Of a stretch of DNA of 64,000 nucleotides, positions 39,289 through 49,411 are shown one piece after another; within the stretch, counting starts at the first letter, position 1; every line of letters starts with the position of its first letter. The stretch spans positions 2,144,001-2,208,000 of the forward strand of contig CBDCYI010000005.1 of assembly GCA_965224085.1 (NCBI GenBank), written 5' to 3'. This DNA comes from Candidatus Marinacidobacterales bacterium (GTDB lineage: Bacteria; Acidobacteriota; Vicinamibacteria; Marinacidobacterales; SMYC01). Position numbers and translations under genes: made by a program. The notes beneath the pieces are model-generated. The model did no database searches. It was not told where the DNA came from and saw only the letters and a list, made by a program, of their open reading frames with translations.

Positions 39289-39624
39289 AACGTCCCGTCG
39301 CCCCTCTACTATCGCGGCGTGCTCTACACGTTGAAAGAAGGCGGCATCCTCACCTCTTTCGACCCCGAAACCGGTGAGGTGATGAAGCGGGGACGTTTGC
39401 GCGGCGCCCTCGGCGCCTATTATGCGTCGCCGGTCGCCTCGGACGGCAAGATCTATGCCGTGAGCGAAGAAGGTAAAGTTGCCGTGATTCAAGCCGGCGC
39501 TCAGTGGGAGCTTCTCGCCGTCAACGCGATGGACGAGGGCTCGAAGTCCACGGTCGCGATCGTCGACGGCAAGCTCTACGTTCGGACGTATGACGCGCTC
39601 TACAGCTTCGCCGAGCCCAACTAA
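39283..39624 (+). pseudogene. C-terminal fragment of a PQQ-like/BamB-type beta-propeller protein
   Basis: PNVPSPLYYRGVLY, YYASPVASDGKIY, STVAIVDGKLYVRT. Confidence 0.72.
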
Positions 39625-39677
39625 AGTCGCGAGCCGACGCTTCTAGAAATCCGCCAGGGATCGTTTGGCTCGGAAAA

Positions 39678-39713
39678 ATGACAGGTAACTGTCAATTTGA
39701 CATAATACTGTTA
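39678..39713 (+). promoter_or_regulatory. Sigma70-like promoter overlapped by tandem inverted-repeat operators
   Basis: ATGACA-N17-CATAAT; boxes TGACAG-GTAA-CTGTCA (39679-39694) and TGACAT-AATA-CTGTTA (39698-39713). Confidence 0.6.
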
Positions 39714-40141
39714 TGGAGGGGACGGTACGTCGTGTGTTGGACGCGTCTCAGGAACTGGTCGAGGCGATGGCGCAGCTCCGCGAACAGATGGCGCGCCGCG
39801 CCGGCGCCACCCGTGCCTCCTGGCGTGTACTGGCGGCGGCCACCGGACAGGGGCGCACGGTGCCTCAACTAGCGCGGCGCCTCGGTGTGAAACGTCAGAG
39901 CGTCCAACGCCTCGCCGACCAGCTCGTCGAGTCGGGCCGGGCCCGTTACGAGACCAATCCCGATCATCGTCGATCCCCGCTTCTGAAGCTCACGGAGTCC
40001 GGCGAGGCCGCGCTGAAGACGCTCCAGCGCGAGCTCACCGATTGGGAGTCCGATTTGGGCGCCGAGCACGAGTTCGAGCTCGAGGAGCTCGAGACAGCAC
40101 TCTACGTCTTGCGCGCGGTGCGGGCGCTCGTCCGAGTGTAG
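39713..40141 (+). CDS. MarR-family transcriptional regulator
   Basis: WRVLAA..TVPQLARRLGVKRQSVQRLADQL..NPDHRRSPLLKLTESG. Confidence 0.88.
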   Translation: MEGTVRRVLDASQELVEAMAQLREQMARRAGATRASWRVLAAATGQGRTVPQLARRLGVKRQSVQRLADQLVESGRARYETNPDHRRSPLLKLTESGEAALKTLQRELTDWESDLGAEHEFELEELETALYVLRAVRALVRV

Positions 40142-41116
40142 ACGAGCACAAGCGCGGCGACCAGCAAAGTGAGGCCCGCGGAGCCGACAAATGTCACGCC
40201 CCCGACGGTCTCGTACAAAATGCCACCCGCGATGAGCCCCGCGATGCTCGCGAGGCTTCCGACACTGCTGCCGAAGCCCTGTATGGCCCCCTGAAAGCGC
40301 TCGCCTGCTGCGTTCGCAAGAAGCGCGAGAAACGATGGCCACATCAGACCGTTTCCGAGCGAGAAGAGCAAGGCGCCCACATAGAGCAACGTCCGGCTCG
40401 GACTCGTGAACAACAGGAACGACGTCGTGAGGATCGCAGCACCTCCACACACGAGCGCCGCGTCCGAGAACCTGCGACCGAGCTTTCCGAGGAGCGGCCC
40501 CTGCACGAGAACCGTGGTGAGCCCGAGAAAAGAGAAGAACAACCCGATGTCGGTGATAGACCATGAGAGCCCCTGGAGCGCATATACCGGAAACGCCGTG
40601 TAGAACAAATTGAACGCGAGGAAGATGACGAAGTAAAGGAGCAGCAAGAACGGTATTTGCGGAAGCGCGAGCACGTCTTTCCACGCGACTGTCCCTGGCC
40701 CGTCGATATTAAAACAATCCTTGTGCTCCTGCCCGAACACTTTGTGCACGGACGGTCGCGGGGGGGGCCTCCGCGAGCACGCAAGGGCGGGACTCGGGAA
40801 GATAGAAAGCGATCACCCCGGAGGCGACGAGCGAGATGAGGAGGGCGGCTACGACGGGTATGACTTCGCCGAAACGCGTCGCGCCCAAAAGCCCCGCAAG
40901 CGTGGGTCCGAGGATGAAGCCGAGGTTTCCGGCCACCGCCATCTTGCCGAAGCTCGTCTTGCGATCCGCCTCGTCCGTCACGTCCACGAGATAGGCGTTG
41001 GCGACAGAAACGTTCCCGCCCGTCCCCGCCCGTCAAGCCGTCGAGCGCTCTCGCAATGAAGAGAGTCAAAAGAGGCAGCGTCACCACGAAGGCGCCGAGG
41101 AGCGCCGAGTCCACGT
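40102..41116 (-). pseudogene. MFS transporter (TetA/DHA1-like), 5'-truncated and frameshifted
   Basis: LFIARALDGLTGG, DVTDEADRKTSFGKMAVAGNLGFILGP and a six-TM C-terminal half spread over three frames. Confidence 0.78.
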
Positions 41117-41233
41117 GGCGTTGTTGCACCGCTCTTGGCTGAGCGCGAAATCTACCTATGGTGGTGGCCGAGGTAATGTTCGACCATGAAGTATCCCAAG
41201 CGCAGCCAGTACAAGCACGCGAAGCAGAAGAAG
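41117..41233 (+). mobile_element. Left-end remnant of a second IS903-group element
   Basis: GGCGTTGTTGCACCGCTC (13/18 identical to the TIR at 28099); ATG 69 nt inside encodes MKYPKRSQYKHAKQKK, similar to MSIFKRTQRKYVKK whose ATG is 66 nt inside. Confidence 0.65.
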
Positions 41234-41234
41234 T

Positions 41235-42587
41235 TATCCCGCTCCTTTCAAAGATATCAATCTGCGCTATCTCAAACGCTTGCAAGAAATTGGCGAATGT
41301 CACGCGGGATACTCAGGTCATGAAAGAGGCTATCATGTGGCGGTTGCGTCCGTGGCCATGGGCGCCAAAGTGATCGAGAAACATTTCACGCTCGACAGGA
41401 CGATGGAAGGCATCGATCATAAAGTCAGCCTCTTGCCGGAAGAGTTCGAGGCAATGGTCGATAGCGTGCGCCAAGTCGAACAAGCGATGGGGTCGGAGGT
41501 GCCGCGTCAAATCACGCAAGGTGAACAGATGAATCGCGTCACCTTGGCCAAAAGTTTGGTGAGCGTCTGTGACATTCGTCCCGGAGAGACGATCGAAGAG
41601 CGTATGGTCGATGTGAAGAGTCCCGGCCGCGGATTGCAACCGAACGCTAAATCGAAACTGATCGGCATGACCGCCAAACGTGAAATCAAAGCCGGCTAAT
41701 TTTTCTTTCCCAGCGATCTCGAACAAAAATCGATCTTGGCGCGCGATTATCAGTTGAAACGCCCTTGGGGAGTCCCGGTACGGTACCACGACTATCGCGC
41801 GATCTTGAAAAAAACGAATCCCGATTTCCTCGAGTTTCATTTGAGCTACAAAGACATGGAAGCGGACATTCGCCAATACTTTGACGAAGAGTACGACATG
41901 GATTTGATCGTGCACAGTCCCGATTTGTTTCCCGGCGACCATCTTTTGAATTTAGCGGCTGAGGACGAATCTTACCGAAAACGTTCGGTACAAGAACTCC
42001 AACGAGTCGCCGATGTCACGCGCGAGCTACAACCCTTTTTCAAAAAAGCGTCGCACCCTTTGATTGTTGTTAGCGTCGGGGGCTTCACCAAAGACGCGCA
42101 TTTGCCGGCGGAAGACCGCGATCGTTTGTACGAGATTGTGGCGCAAAGCCTCTCCGAGGTCGAATCCGAAGGCGTGGAATTCATTCCACAAACGCTGCCT
42201 CCGTTTCCATGGTACTTTGGCGGGCAATTGTATCTCAATGTGTTTGTGACTCCGGAGGATTCCGCCGCCTTTTGCGAAAAACACGGGTATCGTCTGTGTT
42301 TGGACATTTCGCATTCCAAACTGGCCTGTAACCATTACAACCTCTCGTTCAAAGAGTTTGTGGAATGCGTCGGTCCTCATTCCACGCATCTGCACATTGT
42401 CGACGCTGCCGGCGTTGACGGCGAAGGATTGCAAATCGGCGAAGGCGAAGTCGACTTTCCCGCATTGGCCGCCGATCTGGACAAAACGGCGCCCAACGCG
42501 TCTTTCATTCCCGAAATTTGGCAAGGCCACCAAAACAAAGGGGAAGGGTTTTGGATCGCTATGGATCGCCTAGAACAGTGGTTTTAG
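41235..42587 (+). pseudogene. NeuB-family synthase-SAF-TIM barrel fusion, 5'-truncated with an internal stop
   Basis: YPAPFKDINLRYL, GYSGHERG, IEKHFTLDRTMEGIDHKVSL, VKSPGRGL, TAA at 41697 then in-frame FFFPSDLE..LDISHSKL..HLHIVDA..FIPEIWQGH; lower GC. Confidence 0.8.
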
Positions 42588-42772
42588 ACCCGCAGCTGAC
42601 GACACCGAGTCTCATCGCCGCCCAGCGTAAATCGCTTCGCCGACGATGGGCCAAAAAAAAATGAGCCGCGTGGTTGCCGAGGCCTGACCGCCGGGAACGA
42701 GGAAACGGATCGGCTGCTTGTTTTGATTCCATCAACACTGCATGCTACGCTCCCCATCCGTGAAGCTCTTGA

Positions 42773-44413
42773 ATGTGGTTCGGGCGGACCGGAAAAACTG
42801 ACGTGAGCGGGCCGACGCGTCGCGACTTTCTACGGACCCTGGCCGGAACCGTTTCGGGCATTCAACTTGCTTCTTTCTCCGAGGGCACACTACTTTCTTC
42901 CTCTGCGCCTGCTGCGTTCCGCGGTAACGGCGCGGACGACCAGGAACCCTTCGACGTCTGCGTCGTCGGGTCGGGTCCGGCAGGAACGATTCTGGCTTGT
43001 GAGCTGGCTGATCATGGAATCCGGACCTTGCTGGTCGAAGGAGGACCGCTGCCCGGCGATCGTCCACGATATAAACCCAACCAGTATCCAATCGAGCTAA
43101 CGCGATTTCTGGGTGCGGGAGGCACCTCCAACCTCTGGTCGGGAAGCTGCCCGCGGTTTCAGCCCTTCGATTTCTCGCCCGCCAATCCGTACGTCTCCGC
43201 GGATGCACCCTGGCCGATCACCTACGAAGACATCGAGCCGTATTATCAGAAGGCCGAGCGCGAGCTACAGGTCGAAGGTGGCCCACTGAGCCGCTACGCC
43301 TCTCCCCGGTCGTCTCCTTACCCTTTTCCCTTGGGCTCCGACCCGGGGTTTTCCTGGATGGAAGGAATCTTCGCAGATGCAGGGCTGGTCATCGAGCAGC
43401 CTCCCATGTCGGCTGGCGGAGGCATCAGGATAGCCAAGACTCACTTGCCTCGTTTCGAGTCCTCGGAAACTGGGACCCTCCTTCGTGGAACCAGGGTACT
43501 CCGGGTTCTGGTGGAGCCCGACGGCGAGGTCACTGGCCTCGAGGCCCAGCGCCAGAACGGCGAAAAGACCATGCTTCGGGCCAGGCGATACGTGCTCGCC
43601 TGTGGAGGAATCGAGACGCCCCGGCTTCTGCTTCTCTCCCGAACGTCGCGCTTTCCTCGAGGCGTCGGGAACGACCACGATCTGGTCGGACGATTCTTCA
43701 TGGAGAATCTGTCGGTCAATATCGGCACCGCCGATCTCAAGACAGAGCCCAGCCCTCGAGGCACCGTGGAAGCGATCTGCTGGCAGTTCTACGAGCAGCT
43801 CAAGGCCCGCGGCCTGGGTGGGGCGCTGTTCGAGTGTTTTCTTACGCCGAATTCCGAGCACAAGGTCGACATCGAGCACCCGGTCGACAGTTTTCTTCGC
43901 TGGTGGAAGGGCTACGACTCGCGGGTTCTGCTGGCAGTCATGATGGAGATGAAGCCGAGCGAATCGAATCGCATTACTCTTGATGAGAACCGGCGCGACG
44001 TCTTCGGTCTTACCGAGGCCGCGCTGTCACTGCAGGTATCGGAACACGAACGGAGAACCCTGGAACGACTCCGTGATCTGGCGCTCACGATTTTCGAACG
44101 CTTGGGGGCGGAAAACGTGGAGCTGGCGGAGGAGCAGATCGGATGGACTCATCACCACATGGGCGCCTGTCGAATGGGACGCGACGAAAGGACAAGCGTT
44201 GTCGACGAACAGCTCAAGGTCCACGGAACCCGGAACCTTTATGTGGCGGGAAGCGCTCCTTTTGTAACCTCTGGCGCCAACGGTCCGACGCTCCTGTTGA
44301 CCGCGCTCTCTTTGCGGCTCGCGGATCATCTGAGAAGCGAGACCAAGGTCGTGAGCTCCAGAGAACGCTTTCTCAGGGTACAGCCAATGACTGGCAGATA
44401 TGTCGCACGATAG
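42773..44413 (+). CDS. Tat-exported GMC-family FAD oxidoreductase
   Basis: TRRDFL, DVCVVGSGPAG, GGTSNLWSG, CGGIETPRLLLLS, HHMGACRMG, NLYVAGS. Confidence 0.88.
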   Translation: MWFGRTGKTDVSGPTRRDFLRTLAGTVSGIQLASFSEGTLLSSSAPAAFRGNGADDQEPFDVCVVGSGPAGTILACELADHGIRTLLVEGGPLPGDRPRYKPNQYPIELTRFLGAGGTSNLWSGSCPRFQPFDFSPANPYVSADAPWPITYEDIEPYYQKAERELQVEGGPLSRYASPRSSPYPFPLGSDPGFSWMEGIFADAGLVIEQPPMSAGGGIRIAKTHLPRFESSETGTLLRGTRVLRVLVEPDGEVTGLEAQRQNGEKTMLRARRYVLACGGIETPRLLLLSRTSRFPRGVGNDHDLVGRFFMENLSVNIGTADLKTEPSPRGTVEAICWQFYEQLKARGLGGALFECFLTPNSEHKVDIEHPVDSFLRWWKGYDSRVLLAVMMEMKPSESNRITLDENRRDVFGLTEAALSLQVSEHERRTLERLRDLALTIFERLGAENVELAEEQIGWTHHHMGACRMGRDERTSVVDEQLKVHGTRNLYVAGSAPFVTSGANGPTLLLTALSLRLADHLRSETKVVSSRERFLRVQPMTGRYVAR

Positions 44414-45671
44414 TCCCAGACGAGCGTTTGCGTATCTGCTAGCCGGTCAGTATCCCATAGCTCTCTGGGCGATTTTTCTTCTGGCCCTGGGGCTGCGCGT
44501 CTACCAGGCATCCAGCCATACGTTCACACAGGATGAGCTCCCGAACATTCGCATTGCGGAAACCATCCGTCTGAGTCTCTCGGAGCCTCACCTGGTGTTC
44601 AGAAGCCAGGGGCATCCGCTGCTCATTGCCTACATGACGCACTTCAGTTCTCTCGTCTTCGGCAAGAGCCTCCTCGGGTACCGGGCGGCGATGGTTCTCA
44701 TGGGCGCCCTGACCTGCCTGGCCTTGTACCGCGTTGGGAAGGTGGTCGATTCCAAGAGCGTCGGCCTGTGGGCTGCCGCCCTGATCGCCATCGACCAGTT
44801 CCACGTCACCGGGTCGGGCAGCTTGAACAGCCACGAGATTCCCTTGATTCTCTTCGGAACACTCGCACTTCAGAGCTGTGCGCGAATCGCGCCGCAAGGG
44901 GACCTGCGGCCATTCATCGGTATGGGCGCATGGATGGGTCTGGCCTACCTGGGAAAAGAAACCGCCCTGATGCTTTTTCCGGCCCTCTGGGGTTTCATGC
45001 TGCTTTCGAAGGAGCGCCGGGCGGTTCTCACCGATCCCCGCTGGTACCTCGCCCACCTGGTATTCGCGGCAGTTGTGGCGCCCGACATCATCTGGAACCT
45101 CGCACACGCATCGGACGGCGGTTACATGCAGGAATCCTACCGTAAGGCCTCTGGCGGAACGGTACAGATTCAGTTCAAAGCTCTCAGCCTTTTCATCGGC
45201 GAATTGTTCATGATGGTCGACCCCAACGTGCTCGGAGGAACGAAGGAGTACTGGTGGTGGCCCCAACGGACCATGCACTGGGTGGCCGGTCTGCTCTATC
45301 TCTACTGCACGATCTGGGCGTGGCGCTTCCGGCGGAGGCCCATCGTGTTGCTGCTCCAACTCGCCTTTCTCGTTACCGTCATGGTGGTCACTGTGATGCC
45401 GGGGAAGCAGAGATTCGATCCCTTCTGGTGGGCCTCCATGGCAATGAGCCCCGCCATTATCCTGTCGGGCCTGTACCTCAGCGAGTGGGTCCGCCGGACC
45501 CGCCGCAGCCTGTGCGTCATCGTTCCTTTGCTCGTATGGCTCCTCGTTAGAACGGTTCAAACTCTTTCGGGCCTGGCCTTGGCGTTGGTTGACGAGTTGT
45601 GGTTGGTGCCAGCGCTGGGGACGTTGGTGTACTATCGCCCTCATCGCCACAGCCAGCCAATACACCTATAA
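44400..45671 (+). CDS. GT-C fold membrane glycosyltransferase (ArnT/PMT_2-like)
   Basis: TQDE, GHPLL, GLAYLGKETA, multiple TM segments. Confidence 0.75.
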   Translation: MSHDSPRRAFAYLLAGQYPIALWAIFLLALGLRVYQASSHTFTQDELPNIRIAETIRLSLSEPHLVFRSQGHPLLIAYMTHFSSLVFGKSLLGYRAAMVLMGALTCLALYRVGKVVDSKSVGLWAAALIAIDQFHVTGSGSLNSHEIPLILFGTLALQSCARIAPQGDLRPFIGMGAWMGLAYLGKETALMLFPALWGFMLLSKERRAVLTDPRWYLAHLVFAAVVAPDIIWNLAHASDGGYMQESYRKASGGTVQIQFKALSLFIGELFMMVDPNVLGGTKEYWWWPQRTMHWVAGLLYLYCTIWAWRFRRRPIVLLLQLAFLVTVMVVTVMPGKQRFDPFWWASMAMSPAIILSGLYLSEWVRRTRRSLCVIVPLLVWLLVRTVQTLSGLALALVDELWLVPALGTLVYYRPHRHSQPIHL

Positions 45672-45726
45672 GTAGAAACAATGCTGATCTCCGCATGAGC
45701 ATTCTCGAAGCGTCCTTTCGTGGATT

Positions 45727-45757
45727 ACTGGCCCGGTGAATTGGTCACCGGGCCAGT
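45727..45757. terminator. Strong hairpin, possible terminator
   Basis: ACTGGCCCGGTGA-ATTGG-TCACCGGGCCAGT, a 13-bp perfect stem 55 nt after the GT stop; no U-tract. Confidence 0.4.
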
Positions 45758-46133
45758 CGTCACACGAAACGCATGCGGTAGCATGCAGGATCTCGCCTAT
45801 TTCCCTATGGGGAGGGTATTGTATTCAGCGAGTGACCCGATAGTTGAGCCGCACGCGTTCGTGTGACGGTGGGCGGGCCTTGTCAAGGTTTACTTATAAT
45901 TCCCAAAGAAAACTCGTGTCGTCGCTGAGCACAAATGGCCGATTCCTGTGGTTCGGCGCCGAAAAGCGCCTAGAAACCGCCCGCAGAGACCTCAGACCGG
46001 ACGCAAAACTGAAAGTAGAACCACCACGCCGCTTGCTAGAAACGACCCCAACAAGCTGGCTGCTAGTAACCGAGAAGCGCGCAGGAAGCGGTTAGCCGAT
46101 AGCCGAATAGGCGGGAGGGCCAGCCTTGCCTGT

Positions 46134-46149
46134 TGTTTCACGTGAAACA
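46134..46149. promoter_or_regulatory. parS: parS centromere site
   Basis: Perfect consensus TGTTTCACGTGAAACA about 70 bp upstream of parA. Confidence 0.93.
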
Positions 46150-46218
46150 CTCGTCCGCGCGCGCTATGCTATCCTCTATCCCGCTCACCAAGGTGAGGGA
46201 GTCCAACGCACCTAAGCC

Positions 46219-46998
46219 ATGTCGCGTATCATTGCTATCGCCAATCAGAAGGGCGGGGTCGGCAAAACGACGACGGCCATCAACGTTAGTGCCTCCGTCG
46301 CGGCTGCGGAGAGACGCGCGCTCGTCGTCGATATGGACCCACAAGCGAATCTGACTAGCGGACTCGGTATCGACACGGACCGTCTCGATCGACAGACGAT
46401 TTATCGAGGGATCGTCGACGGCGTTTCCGCCGACGGCTTGATTCGCGACACCGAGCTCGAAAGGCTCAAGGTGCTTCCTTCGGAGCGCAACTTGACAGGC
46501 GCCGAGCTCGAGCTCGTCGACCAGCCTCAACGGGAATACCGCCTCCGCGAGCTCCTTGCTCCGATCGCCGGGACGTTCGATTTCATCTTCATCGATTGCC
46601 CACCTTCGCTCGGCCTTCTCACCGTTAACGCGCTCGTCGCGGCCGACACGGTTCTCGTGCCGCTGCAATGTGAATTTTTTGCGCTCGCCGGCGTCAGCGA
46701 GCTCATGACGACGGTAAGCCGGGTGCGCGGGAGCTTCAACCCCCGCCTCGCCGTTCTTGGCATCGTCTTCACGATGGTTGATGAGCGCACAAACCTCACG
46801 GCTCAAGTTATGGAAGACGTCCGCGCCGCCTTTCCGCAGACCGTTTTCGACAGCGTCGTTCCGCGAAATGTGCGCCTCGCGGAGGCGCCCTCGTTCGGCA
46901 AGCCGATTCTGCTATACGACATTCGTTCAAAGGGCGCAGAGGCGTATCTCGATCTGACCAAGGAGCTATTGCGTCATGAAGAGAAAAGCTCTCGGTAA
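46219..46998 (+). CDS. parA: Chromosome partitioning ATPase ParA/Soj
   Basis: ANQKGGVGKTTT, DMDPQANLTSGLG, IDCPPSLGLLT, PRNVRLAEAPS. Confidence 0.95.
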   Translation: MSRIIAIANQKGGVGKTTTAINVSASVAAAERRALVVDMDPQANLTSGLGIDTDRLDRQTIYRGIVDGVSADGLIRDTELERLKVLPSERNLTGAELELVDQPQREYRLRELLAPIAGTFDFIFIDCPPSLGLLTVNALVAADTVLVPLQCEFFALAGVSELMTTVSRVRGSFNPRLAVLGIVFTMVDERTNLTAQVMEDVRAAFPQTVFDSVVPRNVRLAEAPSFGKPILLYDIRSKGAEAYLDLTKELLRHEEKSSR

Positions 46999-47851
46999 AG
47001 GCCTCGCGGCGCTACTACCGGACGAGCCGGCAACGGGCGGGGCGCAGCTTGTCGAGATCAACCCCGAACGCATCGACCCCAACCCGGAACAACCGCGTCA
47101 GAGCATGGACGAAACCAAGCTCGGCGAGCTCGCTCGATCCATGACGGAGCATGGAATTGTTCAACCCATCGTCGCGAGGCGCGTTGGGTCCCGGTTTCAA
47201 ATCATTGCGGGGGAGCGCCGGTGGCGGGCGGCACAGCGAGCCGGCTTGAAGAAGGTTCCCGTAATCGTCCGTGATGTGGACGATCGGCAATTGCTCGAGG
47301 TCGCGCTCGTCGAGAATATCCAGCGGGAAGAGCTGAACCCTATGGAAGAAGCCGCGGCTTATCGCCGCCTCGTCGGCGAGCTGGGCTACTCTCAAGAACA
47401 AGTCGCCGAGCGTGTCGGCAAGGATCGGTCCACCGTCGCCAACTTGCTGCGACTTCTCCGGCTGCCGCGCGGCGTACGCCGGCTCATCGAGGAGCAGAAG
47501 CTCTCCCCGGGACACGCCCGACCGCTCTTGGCGCTTCCCAAAGCGGAAATGCAAACGGAAATCGCCGAGCTTATCGTCACGAGGGGTCTGAGCGTTCGCG
47601 AGGCAGAGCGTTGGGTCCAAGCCGCCTCAAAACCCCCGTCGAGCAAGCCCAAAGAGCGGGCGGACCCCAACACACGAGAAGCCTCGCGACAAATGGAGCA
47701 AGCGCTGGGAACGGCCGTGCGCATTCGCCGCCAAGGTGCAAAAGGCGCGAAGGGCCGCGTCGAGATTGACTTTCATTCCGAAAACGAGCTACACCGTATC
47801 TATCAAGCCGTCGTGAGCGGAGCTCGCGCGGCGAAGAAGAAGAAATCATAG
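46976..47851 (+). CDS. parB: ParB/Spo0J partition protein
   Basis: [40 protein letters not shown]. Confidence 0.95.
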   Translation: MKRKALGKGLAALLPDEPATGGAQLVEINPERIDPNPEQPRQSMDETKLGELARSMTEHGIVQPIVARRVGSRFQIIAGERRWRAAQRAGLKKVPVIVRDVDDRQLLEVALVENIQREELNPMEEAAAYRRLVGELGYSQEQVAERVGKDRSTVANLLRLLRLPRGVRRLIEEQKLSPGHARPLLALPKAEMQTEIAELIVTRGLSVREAERWVQAASKPPSSKPKERADPNTREASRQMEQALGTAVRIRRQGAKGAKGRVEIDFHSENELHRIYQAVVSGARAAKKKKS

Positions 47852-47894
47852 ACAGGAGCCAGAAGGAAACGGTGCGCCAGAGCATGAAAGGGGT

Positions 47895-48305
47895 TTGGAG
47901 CCAGTGAAGAAAAAAGGCGAAGCTAGCGGAGAGCTCGAGGGTTTTCTGAGCGAAGGCACGTCATTCCAGGGCGAAGTCTCGTTTCACGACACGCTGCGCA
48001 TCGACGGTAAGTTCCATGGAGCTGTACAGTCGGGACGCCGTCTCATCATTGGCGAATCCGCCGATGTCGATGCCGAGATCCAGGTTGCGATCTTGACGGT
48101 CGCTGGTCGGCTCCGGGGGCGGGTACGCGCGAGCGAGCGTGTCGAGCTTCATAAAACGGCGCGCGCAGAGTGCGCGATCGAGTGCGAAACCCTCGTCGTC
48201 CACGAAGGTGCGCGATTCGACGGCCAGTGCGCGATGTCGAAGAAGGGCGGTCCACGCAACGTGTCCAGAAACGACAATGTGAAACAAATAGTTTATTCTA
48301 AATAG
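47895..48305 (+). CDS. Bactofilin (polymer-forming cytoskeletal protein)
   Basis: FLSEGTSFQGEVSF..LRIDGKFHG..LIIGESA..GARFDGQCAM. Confidence 0.87.
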   Translation: MEPVKKKGEASGELEGFLSEGTSFQGEVSFHDTLRIDGKFHGAVQSGRRLIIGESADVDAEIQVAILTVAGRLRGRVRASERVELHKTARAECAIECETLVVHEGARFDGQCAMSKKGGPRNVSRNDNVKQIVYSK

Positions 48306-48347
48306 AAATGGCGGCCAGCAAAAAGAACGTTCCTGTTGGCGCCGTCG

Positions 48348-48377
48348 TTGACGACTGTTAAAAACGCGTGTTATAGT
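48348..48377 (+). promoter_or_regulatory. Sigma70-like promoter of the atp operon
   Basis: TTGACG-N18-TATAGT with TGn extension, 42 nt upstream of the b' start. Confidence 0.6.
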
Positions 48378-48419
48378 TAAAAGCTCTGTGCGGGCATTTT
48401 CGCCAATCAGGGACAGAGT

Positions 48420-48848
48420 TTGATATCCGTCGACGTTACAGCCCTCATCATTTGTGCGCTCGTGTTTGCGCTCGTGTTCGTTCTGAAGAATTTCTTCTTC
48501 GAACCGCTAGCGCAGGCGATGGAGACGCGACAAGCGAGCATTGACCGTGCTGCGAGCGCGTGGGACGACGCCCAGCAGACGATCGAAAAAGCACGCGCTG
48601 ATGTCGCCGCCGCGGTTCAGAGGGCCCGCAACGACGGCTATCAGTGGCTCGACGAAGCGCGCTCGGGAGCCCAGGCCAATGCCAAAGCTTCTTTGAACGA
48701 ACGGCGCGCCGAGACGCAGAAGCAGATCTCCGAAGCACGGCAACGGCTCTCCGACGAGACCGACGAGGCCGTTCGCTCCCTCGAGCGCGACGCTCAGGTA
48801 TTGGCATCCCAGATCGCCAGCAAGATTCTCGGCCGGGACCTAGATTGA
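48420..48848 (+). CDS. atpF2: ATP synthase F0 subunit b'
   Basis: N-terminal TM, FFFEPL, coiled coil ending IASKILGR; operon position. Confidence 0.85.
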   Translation: MISVDVTALIICALVFALVFVLKNFFFEPLAQAMETRQASIDRAASAWDDAQQTIEKARADVAAAVQRARNDGYQWLDEARSGAQANAKASLNERRAETQKQISEARQRLSDETDEAVRSLERDAQVLASQIASKILGRDLD

Positions 48849-48856
48849 CACCTGGA

Positions 48857-49411
48857 ATGACAACGCATCGCAAAACGACCGCGACATTCTTATTCGTCCT
48901 TCTCGTGACAGCCTCCTCACCGGTCTATGCTGCCGAAGGCGGCAACCTTCCGCGTGTCGCCAACTTCGCCATCGTCGCGGCGTTGCTTTTTTTCGCCCTC
49001 CGAGGGCCGCTCGCGGGCTATCTCGTCGCGAGGACGGAGCAAATCCGTAACGAACTGACTGACGCACGAGACAAGAGCAGGCGCGGCGAACAAGAGCGCC
49101 AGCTCGCGGTCGAGCTTCTTGCGAGCCTCGACGACGAGGTCGAAAAGGCCAAGGAAGAAGCCAAGCGCGCTGCGGAGACCGAGCGGGCCCGCATCTTGAA
49201 AGCGGCCGAGGCGGAAGCGGAGCGCATTCGCGAAATCGCGCGCAAAGAGATCGAGAACGAAGTCGAGTCCGGGCGGCGCAAGCTGCTTGCCCTCGCCTCT
49301 GAGCTCGCGGTCTCGCTGGCTCACAAGAAACTCGAGACCTCGATGACCGAAGAGGATCAAAACAGGCTCATCGATCGCAGCATCGAGATTCTCGGACAAA
49401 ACCGTTCATGA
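48857..49411 (+). CDS. atpF: ATP synthase F0 subunit b
   Basis: RVANFAIVAALLFFALRGPL, coiled coil, EEDQNRLID. Confidence 0.87.
   Translation: MTTHRKTTATFLFVLLVTASSPVYAAEGGNLPRVANFAIVAALLFFALRGPLAGYLVARTEQIRNELTDARDKSRRGEQERQLAVELLASLDDEVEKAKEEAKRAAETERARILKAAEAEAERIREIARKEIENEVESGRRKLLALASELAVSLAHKKLETSMTEEDQNRLIDRSIEILGQNRS

Noticed and set aside
36541-41699. Genome-wide stop-codon reassignment suggested by internal TAG/TAA codons
   Set aside because: atpH, atpA, atpG, atpC and parB end properly at TAG, and atpD at TAA
48270-48290. Second parS-like sequence ATGTGAAACA
   Set aside because: Only a half-site, and within the bactofilin coding region
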